Assembly (NCBI GenBank): GCA_021161345.1
Contig: JAGHAU010000044.1
Span: forward strand, 1-41,592
DNA from: Anaerolineales bacterium
GTDB lineage: Bacteria; Chloroflexota; Anaerolineae; Anaerolineales; UBA11858
Direction of reading: 5' to 3'
Length of the DNA stretch: 41,592 nucleotides
Shown: positions 35,305 to 41,592 of the stretch, piece by piece
Numbering within the stretch: position 1 is the stretch's first letter
How the letters are laid out: each line of letters opens with the position of its first letter
Program-made: the position numbers and the translations under genes
The notes under the pieces: model-generated
What the model saw: only the letters and a program-made list of their open reading frames with translations
Database searches by the model: none
What the model was told of the DNA's origin: nothing

Positions 35305-35347
35305 TTGGGCAAAAAAGATCATTCAGTACGATCCAAAACCAGAATAA

Positions 35348-35506
35348 ACCATATACTCCGGGCTGAAACAGATGACAAGTAATTCATTTGACCTAACCGC
35401 AATAAGACCTCAAAACACTGCCCTGGATCGTTTGCGGTTTCAAGAAGTGTTTAACTCTTTCTATTCTGATTGGGAAATATTCCTTATAAAAGTCCTGACA
35501 GATTAA
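35348..35506 (+). pseudogene. rmlD: rmlD (dTDP-4-dehydrorhamnose reductase) 3' remnant
   Basis: My own translation is ..SNSFDLTAIRPQNTALDRLRFQEVFNSFYSDWEIFLIKVLTD*. It fits the RmlD C-terminal pattern RP-x-N-S/T-x-L...F...F....W......L. Only the last ~45 codons remain. Confidence 0.6.
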
Positions 35507-35612
35507 AATAGAAGGCTATTAGTGGGTTTTCCGCCATTAAATCCGGTTGACTTACTGGCGTTTGGTCATTGATTAATCCTGATTTTCTAAATTATCACTA
35601 AAAATCCAAGTC

Positions 35613-35658
35613 TTGACCAAATCTGAGGATGGATTATAATTCAGTGACTGAATTATAA
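35613..35658 (+). promoter_or_regulatory. Promoter-operator module B upstream of the wHTH regulator
   Basis: TTGACC (35613-35618), 16-nt spacer, TATAAT (35635-35640). A perfect 11-bp-arm palindrome TTATAATTCAG-TGA-CTGAATTATAA (35634-35658) overlaps the -10. An SD (GGGAGTGAGG) and the ATG at 35678 lie downstream. Confidence 0.65.
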
Positions 35659-35677
35659 ACCACGGGAGTGAGGATTA

Positions 35678-36139
35678 ATGGATCTCTCTCAAGAAGATAG
35701 AGACCTTATTTTATTAGAACAGATAGCTGAAGATCCTGACGTGAATCAGTCAACTTTGGCTGAAAAGCTGGATGTAGCTGTTGGTACTGTTAACTGGCAT
35801 ATCAAGAGATTGGTGTCCAAGGGATATGTCAAAGCCAAAAGAGCTCAGCGAAAAAAATTACGCTATATCATCACCCCGGAAGGCATTGCTTTAAGGGCTA
35901 AATTGACCGTCCAGTACATCGAAAACCAGATGCGGCTCTATAGAGAAACCAGGCAGGGGGTAAAGGATATTTTGACTGAGATTAAGGCAGAAGGATATAG
36001 CCAGGTCAGAATCACTGGAGATAGTGAGATTGCGGATGTTTGCCAGCTAACCTGCCTGGAACAGGGATTTGATGTTGTTGACAATGATGATCTGCCGACA
36101 TTAGAAGTAGATGGTTATTCGGTTTCACGAAAGTTATAA
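35678..36139 (+). CDS. Winged-helix (MarR-like, EPS-locus-associated type) transcriptional regulator with an extra C-terminal domain
   Basis: 153 aa. The N-terminal ~95 aa are a wHTH (NQSTLAEKLDVAVGTVNWHIKRLVSKGYV). The C-terminal ~55 aa (GYSQVRITGDSEIADVCQLTCLEQGFDVVDND) look like a small Rossmann-like beta-alpha-beta unit. Confidence 0.7.
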   Translation: MDLSQEDRDLILLEQIAEDPDVNQSTLAEKLDVAVGTVNWHIKRLVSKGYVKAKRAQRKKLRYIITPEGIALRAKLTVQYIENQMRLYRETRQGVKDILTEIKAEGYSQVRITGDSEIADVCQLTCLEQGFDVVDNDDLPTLEVDGYSVSRKL

Positions 36140-36203
36140 ATAATGGTTTTGGAAGATTTATTGGATTAGACCAGGTTTCAAGCTACTAAAAAAGGAATTC
36201 AAA

Positions 36204-37271
36204 ATGAAAAAAGCGGTCATTACTGGAATCACTGGACAGGATGGTTCTTACTTGGCAGAAATGCTGTTACACAAAGGGTATGAGGTTCACGGTGTAATCC
36301 GCAGGGCAAGTACATTTAACACCCGCCGACTGGATCACCTCTACCGGGATCCGCATAACGGAGAAAAAGTCCAGCTATTCTTACATTATGGTGACCTTTC
36401 CAGTTCGGACAGCCTCGAACGAGTAATCCACGATGTTCATCCTGATGAGGTTTACCACCTGGCAGCCCAAAGCCATGTTCGGGTTAGTTTCGACATGCCA
36501 GAATACACAGGCGATGTCACCGGGTTGGGAACGATCAGGATCCTGGAATCTATCAGGCGTTTAGGAAGCAATACCCGGTTTTATCAGGCATCGACCAGCG
36601 AGCTGTTCGGCAGCGCTGCAGCTCCCCAGAGCGAAACAACACCCTTTCAACCTCAGAGTCCATATGCTGCGGCTAAATTATATGCTTTCTGGGTAACAAG
36701 GAATTATTCCCAGGGTTATGATCTGTTCGCTTGCAATGGAATCCTGTTTAACCACGAATCCCCCCGCAGGGGTGAGACTTTTGTAACCCGGAAGATCACC
36801 ATGGCGGTAGCCAGGATCAAAGCTGGCTTGCAGAAGAAATTGTACTTGGGCAACTTGGAAGCCAAACGCGACTGGGGATATGCCCCTGAATATGTTGAGG
36901 CGATGTGGTCAATGCTTCAGCAGGAAGAGCCGCATGACATCGTGATTGGCACCGGCGAAGCCCACACAGTACGGAATTTTGTCGAAGAGGCGTTTGGATA
37001 TGTCGATCTGAATTATAAGGATTATGTTGAGATCGATCCGCGGTATTTCAGGCCCACTGAAGTGAATCACCTGGAAGCGGATCCTGCAAAAGCAAAAAGA
37101 ATCCTCAAATGGAATCCGAAAGTTCGCTACTATGATTTGGTACGGATCATGATGGATGCTGATCTAGAGCTGATAGGTTTGGAATCCCCCGGGGATGGGA
37201 AAAAGATCGTAGAAGATAAATTTGATGACTGGCATAACTGGGAAGACCAGATTGTCAGCATGGGGAGATGA
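36204..37271 (+). CDS. gmd: GDP-mannose 4,6-dehydratase
   Basis: 355 aa. [39 protein letters not shown] and NHESPRRG. Confidence 0.92.
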
Positions 37272-38248
37272 TCATGAATCAGACTAACTATCCTGACCCC
37301 AAGGAATTTTGGGCAGATAAGAAAGTATGTGTAACTGGCGGAGATGGTTTCCTGGGCTCTTTTGTCCAGAAAGTCCTGGCAGAGCGGGGGGCAAAGGAAG
37401 TTTTTATCCCTTTGATCGATGATTATGATCTGACAGATAAGGACAACATCAGGCGTATGCTCTCGGACGCAAAACCGAATGTGATCATCCACCTGGCAGC
37501 CCTGGCTGGAGGTATTGGAGCCAACCTGGCCCGTCCGGCTGAATTCTTTTATAAGAATCTGATGATGGGTGTTCCACTGATGCATGAAGCCTGGCAATCT
37601 GGTGTGGATAAATTCGTAGCTATTGGCACGATTTGCGCTTACCCGAAATTTACCCCGATCCCTTTCCAGGAAAAAAATCTCTGGGATGGATATCCAGAAG
37701 AAACCAATGCACCTTACGGCCTGGCAAAAAAAATGTTATTGGTCCAGGCCCAGGCGTATCGAGAGCAATATGGTTTTAATGCCATTTATCTGCTGCCCGT
37801 AAACCTGTATGGTCCCCGGGATAACTTTAATCTTGAAACTTCTCATGTAATCCCTGCTTTGATCCGAAAAATGAACGATGCTGTTGATCGAAATGACAAA
37901 GAAGTTGTCCTATGGGGCGATGGATCGCCAACAAGGGAATTCTTCTATGCTGGTGATGCGGCCCGCGGTATTGTGATGGCTGCAGAGCGATATCACGGCA
38001 GCGAACCTGTCAATCTTGGCGCCGGTATGGAGATCAGCATCAAGGACCTGGCGTTGATGATCGCCGAGCTATCCGGGTTTGAAGGTGGGTTGGTTTGGGA
38101 TACAAGCAAACCCAATGGGCAGCCCCGAAGAGCACTGGATACCCAGCGGGCAAAAGATTATTTCGGGTTTGAAGCGGAGATGCCATTTAAAGAAGGATTA
38201 AAGACAACCATTGAGTGGTACAGGAAGAATAAAGATCAGATCAAATGA
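37268..38248 (+). CDS. fcl: GDP-L-fucose synthase (GDP-4-keto-6-deoxymannose 3,5-epimerase/4-reductase)
   Basis: 326 aa. [18 protein letters not shown] and [13 protein letters not shown] 4-nt ATGA overlap couples it to gmd. Confidence 0.85.
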
Positions 38249-38270
38249 TCAGGAATGGGAATAATAGTAG

Positions 38271-38335
38271 TTATCCAGCTGGTTATCCACATGCCGGCGA
38301 GGGGTTTTCCCGATTTATCAACAATGTTATCCACA
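38271..38335 (+). promoter_or_regulatory. Cluster of four same-orientation DnaA-box-like 9-mers
   Basis: Four 9-mers in 65 nt, all on the plus strand:
- TTATCCAGC at 38271
- TTATCCACA at 38283 (perfect)
- TTATCAACA at 38315
- TTATCCACA at 38327 (perfect)

They are arranged as two pairs with a 12-nt pitch. Confidence 0.5.
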
Positions 38336-38366
38336 TTTGGCGTCTGCTGTGTGACTGACTGAAAAA

Positions 38367-39254
38367 ATGAGTAATATTACGATCTTCACTGCACCAAAAG
38401 CATTCTCAGATCCGCATATCAATATCATTCAGCGGAATGCGATCCAATCTTATAAGGACCTTGGTCCCCGCGCTGAGGTATTTCTTATCGGTGATGAAGA
38501 AGGTATGAAAGAAGCTGCATCTGACCTGGGTGTCAGGCAGCTTCCTGATGTAAAACGGAATGAAATGGGAACGCCTCTTGTCAGTTCAATTTTCAGCCTA
38601 GCGAGGGACGCTGCTTCTAATGAAATAATGATCTACCTTAATGCGGATATTATGCTGCTGCCGGAATGTCTAGATGTGATCGATACTATTCGAGATCTGG
38701 AAAAGGACTTTTTACTGGTAGGCCGACGCTGGGATCTGGATATTATGCGGGAGATTGATTTTTCAAGTGATTGGCAGGAGGATATTGAACGCCAGATTAG
38801 AGAGACGGGCCACCTGCGCACGATTGCAGCGATGGATTATTTTATCTTTCCCCGGCATCTGTTCAGCGGCATACCTCCCTTTGCGATCGGCAGAGCGGGT
38901 TGGGATAACTGGATGATCTATCATGCTGTTCAGCAGCCCTGGCCAGTTATTGATATCACTCCTTCCCACCGGGTTGTCCATCAGAATCATGATTACAGAC
39001 ATCTACCGGATGGGATTGCCCATTATGATCTGGAAGAATCTTATCGGAATGTGGCCCTTGCAGGTGGTATGCGGTCTACCTATGATTTGCTGGATGTGCC
39101 GCTCATATTTCAGGACGGCAGGATTCAAAGGAAAAGAATAACCTTATCAAGAATACTCCGGAAACTGGAAAGGATCGTCATGCCAGTAGAACAGATGGGC
39201 TGGCGATGGCAATTAACCCGTTTGCTGCGCAGAACTCGGCGAAGAATATCTTAG
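38367..39254 (+). CDS. Uncharacterised GT-A-like protein (putative glycosyltransferase)
   Basis: 295 aa. A Rossmann-like N-terminus (ITIFTAPKAF...VFLIGDEEG) and IYLNADIMLL at the position of a DxD motif. Basic C-terminal tail. Lies within the glycan locus. Confidence 0.4.
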   Translation: MSNITIFTAPKAFSDPHINIIQRNAIQSYKDLGPRAEVFLIGDEEGMKEAASDLGVRQLPDVKRNEMGTPLVSSIFSLARDAASNEIMIYLNADIMLLPECLDVIDTIRDLEKDFLLVGRRWDLDIMREIDFSSDWQEDIERQIRETGHLRTIAAMDYFIFPRHLFSGIPPFAIGRAGWDNWMIYHAVQQPWPVIDITPSHRVVHQNHDYRHLPDGIAHYDLEESYRNVALAGGMRSTYDLLDVPLIFQDGRIQRKRITLSRILRKLERIVMPVEQMGWRWQLTRLLRRTRRRIS

Positions 39255-39267
39255 ATCAGGCGGCCAG

Positions 39268-40257
39268 ATGACAAGATTCGGAATGAACCCAGCCAGAAAT
39301 AAAAATATCTCATATTCACCTTCCCGGGTTACGGCTGCTATGATGACCTATATCCCAAATCTGGAAGGATATTTTATGCATCGTCTGGATGTGTTGAAAT
39401 TATCTCTGGACAGCTTGATCCATAGTGTTGCTGGGCAAACAGATATAATGATCTTGAATAACGGAAGCTGCGCCCAGGTGCGCGAATACCTTGATCGCCA
39501 ATTGGAGAGCGGCAAAATAGACTACCTGATCCATTCCCGGCGGAATCTTGGAGTGATTGGAGGTTTCAAAATCCTTTTCAATGCGGCTCCGGGAGAGATT
39601 ATTGCCTACAGTGATGATGATGTTCTCTATTATCTGGGCTGGTTGGAAGCTCACCTGAATATCTTGGACACCTTCCCGAAATCAGGAATGGTCAGCGGAG
39701 CGCCCGTAGGGTATTCCTCAGAACATGCAGTAAAGGCAGTTGAAGATTTCATCTCAAGTAAACCACCTGGTTTATCAAGTCAGGAAAAGCCGCGTGTGGA
39801 GGCTTGGGAGGAAAGCTGGGCTGTCAGTACTGGCCGGCCGGTATCTGAACATCTACAAGCGGTCTTGGATACACCGAATAAACATTTGGTCTACCACGGG
39901 GTTGAAGCAGTCCAATCCGCCAAACACTTTCAGTTCGTCACTCCCAAAAAGGTGATCTGCGAGGCATTTTCCCCTGATTGGAGCGGTAGTCTAATGGATG
40001 GTCTGGTGACTCTGGATGAATCAGTAGACAAACTCGGTTATTTGAGGTTAACGACGCCGCAACGGCTTGCCCGGCATATTGGTAATACAATCTCCTCTGA
40101 GATCCAAGTAGAAGCTGAAAAACTGGGACTAAAGACAACCGGTGAGATTCCGGATATCCAGGAGCATGAACACTGGATTCTGAAAATTCCTGGAAGTGGC
40201 CGTGTGTTGTGGCCGATGTACAGGTGGTTGTTTAAAGTGCTTCACAAGGTGAGGTAA
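39268..40257 (+). CDS. Glycosyltransferase family 2-like protein
   Basis: 329 aa. TDIMILNNGSC and IIAYSDDDVLY (DxD) in a GT-A arrangement. Confidence 0.6.
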   Translation: MTRFGMNPARNKNISYSPSRVTAAMMTYIPNLEGYFMHRLDVLKLSLDSLIHSVAGQTDIMILNNGSCAQVREYLDRQLESGKIDYLIHSRRNLGVIGGFKILFNAAPGEIIAYSDDDVLYYLGWLEAHLNILDTFPKSGMVSGAPVGYSSEHAVKAVEDFISSKPPGLSSQEKPRVEAWEESWAVSTGRPVSEHLQAVLDTPNKHLVYHGVEAVQSAKHFQFVTPKKVICEAFSPDWSGSLMDGLVTLDESVDKLGYLRLTTPQRLARHIGNTISSEIQVEAEKLGLKTTGEIPDIQEHEHWILKIPGSGRVLWPMYRWLFKVLHKVR

Positions 40258-40263
40258 TCTGTC

Positions 40264-41592
40264 ATGCGTATATTGTGGTACACAGGGGTACAACTCCCCG
40301 CAGTTACTGGGAAGGGATTGGCTCGCGCTGGATGGCAGGAGGGATTGCGGAAGGCCTTGAATGATTATCATCCAGAGATCCAGCTCAGCATTGCTTCAAA
40401 TGGGTCAGAAGATTATGAGCCATTCACCGAGGAAAACGCGACATATTACAACATCTACCGCGTTCCAGCCCCTGATACCCGCTGGAAACGAGTATTCAAG
40501 AACTGGAAACATCTGACCTACGACAGGGAAGAATTAGATCGAAGTTTGGAGATTGTTGAGGTTGTCCAACCTGATTTGATTTTCATTTTCGGTACTGAGA
40601 ACCCGTTTGGTTTATTGGCAAATCGCTTCCCTGTACCCGTTGTAATATCAATTCAGGCAGTGATCAATGGGTTGGTTCAACGAATTTTTTCTGGTCTGTC
40701 ATTTTCTGAACTGACCAAGGAATTTTTTACGAAAGACACCATTAAGGGCGAGGGAATCTTCCATAGATACTGGCAATTGAGAATATTGTCAACTATGGAG
40801 CAGCTGATTTATAACCGTTGTATTATTTTTTGCGGCAGGACTTCCTGGGATCATAATTGGCTGATCAAACTCAATCGGAAGGCGATTTATTATCATATAG
40901 ACCGTGTCTTGGCAGAGGAATATTATCATCATACCTGGAAGTATGAGAATTCAGATCAGAACATCATATTTACAACCTCAAGCAATGCAGCATTTAAAGG
41001 TGGGATAACTCTCACCAGGGCACTTATTAAGTTGGTCAAACGGGGTAGGAAAGATACCAAATTACATATAGCAGGCATCCATCCTTTCAGCGTTGTTGGA
41101 AAAAACATCAACCGGTTAATTTCTAAACATCAATTACAGGACAATATTGTACTGTTGGGACGCATCTTACCCGATCAGATCATCCAAGAGATGAAACAAG
41201 CACGGATATTTGTCCTTCCATCTCACATGGACAACAGCCCCAACAGCCTTGGTGAGGCAATGCTTATTGGATTGCCCTGCATCGCATCTGACGCGGGGGG
41301 GATCCCTTCAATGATCACTGATGGTGAGAATGGGTTGCTTTATCACTATTCAGATATCAATGAGCTTGCAGATAAGATTGAAGAATTGCTGGACGATCCA
41401 GGCAAAGCTGAAGTCCTGGGCGCCCAGGCGAGGAAGACGGCACTCGATAGGCATGACCCTGAAAGAATTGCTGATATCACTCTTAATATGTATCGGGAAG
41501 TAATATCGGGTAAAGTTCAAGCACGAACACAATTTCCGGAAGAGAAGATCTCCAATCTCGAAAGATTGTATCAAAGAGTTAAGCTCATTTAC
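40264..41592 (+). CDS. Glycosyltransferase family 4 (GT-B), 3'-partial (runs off the window)
   Basis: My own translation from the ATG at 40264 is MRILWYTGVQLPAVTGKGLARAGWQEG.... It is open for 443 codons to the window end. It contains the Glycos_transf_1 signature SLGEAMLIGLPCIASDAGGIPSMITDGENGLL. It is not in the ORF track because no stop lies in the window. Confidence 0.8.
   Translation, partial: MRILWYTGVQLPAVTGKGLARAGWQEGLRKALNDYHPEIQLSIASNGSEDYEPFTEENATYYNIYRVPAPDTRWKRVFKNWKHLTYDREELDRSLEIVEVVQPDLIFIFGTENPFGLLANRFPVPVVISIQAVINGLVQRIFSGLSFSELTKEFFTKDTIKGEGIFHRYWQLRILSTMEQLIYNRCIIFCGRTSWDHNWLIKLNRKAIYYHIDRVLAEEYYHHTWKYENSDQNIIFTTSSNAAFKGGITLTRALIKLVKRGRKDTKLHIAGIHPFSVVGKNINRLISKHQLQDNIVLLGRILPDQIIQEMKQARIFVLPSHMDNSPNSLGEAMLIGLPCIASDAGGIPSMITDGENGLLYHYSDINELADKIEELLDDPGKAEVLGAQARKTALDRHDPERIADITLNMYREVISGKVQARTQFPEEKISNLERLYQRVKLIY

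Noticed and set aside
1-41592. A search for CRISPR arrays, IS elements or transposases, integrases, toxin-antitoxin pairs, or defence-type nuclease/ATPase operons
   Set aside because: I saw no regularly spaced direct repeats. No ORF has transposase, integrase, recombinase or defence hallmarks. The mosaicism of the glycan locus is marked only by pseudogene scars, not by mobile-element genes.

Overview
This is a 41.6-kb bacterial chromosomal window with no rRNA, CRISPR array, transposase, integrase or phage genes. The protein sequences look Chloroflexota/Anaerolineae-like, but that is only a guess. The window has two parts.

(1) About 1-21.1 kb is housekeeping and envelope genes, mostly on the minus strand. 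These are a TolB-like propeller protein, an RsmB/F-type rRNA m5C methyltransferase, two tandem DegV genes, tRNA-Arg(GCG), HtrA protease, a TPR-lytic transglycosylase, endonuclease III, asparaginase II, a GAF-GAF-PAS histidine kinase and HolB. PcrA/UvrD, TsaE, TsaB and a family-4 UDG follow on the plus strand.

(2) About 21.2 kb to the window end is one large, visibly mosaic cell-surface glycan locus. It contains:
- a nucleotide-sugar dehydrogenase and a 4-epimerase;
- a decayed acyltransferase-3 gene;
- a 668-aa polytopic GT-C-like membrane protein;
- a TylF-like methyltransferase candidate on the opposite strand;
- Wzm, and Wzt with a C-terminal extension;
- a formyltransferase / SDR / DegT-aminotransferase module;
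- glycosyltransferases;
- an rml operon in which only rmlB is intact (rmlC, rmlA and rmlD are short remnants);
- a wHTH regulator;
- gmd-fcl, then three more glycosyltransferase-like genes, the last running off the window.

I found no obviously new multi-gene system such as a defence system. The most interesting signals are non-coding or structural:
- A 24-nt palindromic operator, TTATAATTCAG-N4-TGAATTATA, overlaps the -10 of a near-consensus promoter. It occurs twice, 9.4 kb apart: once upstream of the wHTH regulator, and once orphaned and pointing antisense into the methyltransferase-like gene.
- A tight same-orientation cluster of four DnaA-box-like 9-mers, two of them perfect TTATCCACA, sits in a 118-nt gap inside the glycan locus.
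- Clear gene-decay scars (acyltransferase, rmlC, rmlA, rmlD) indicate cassette replacement and pathway rewiring.
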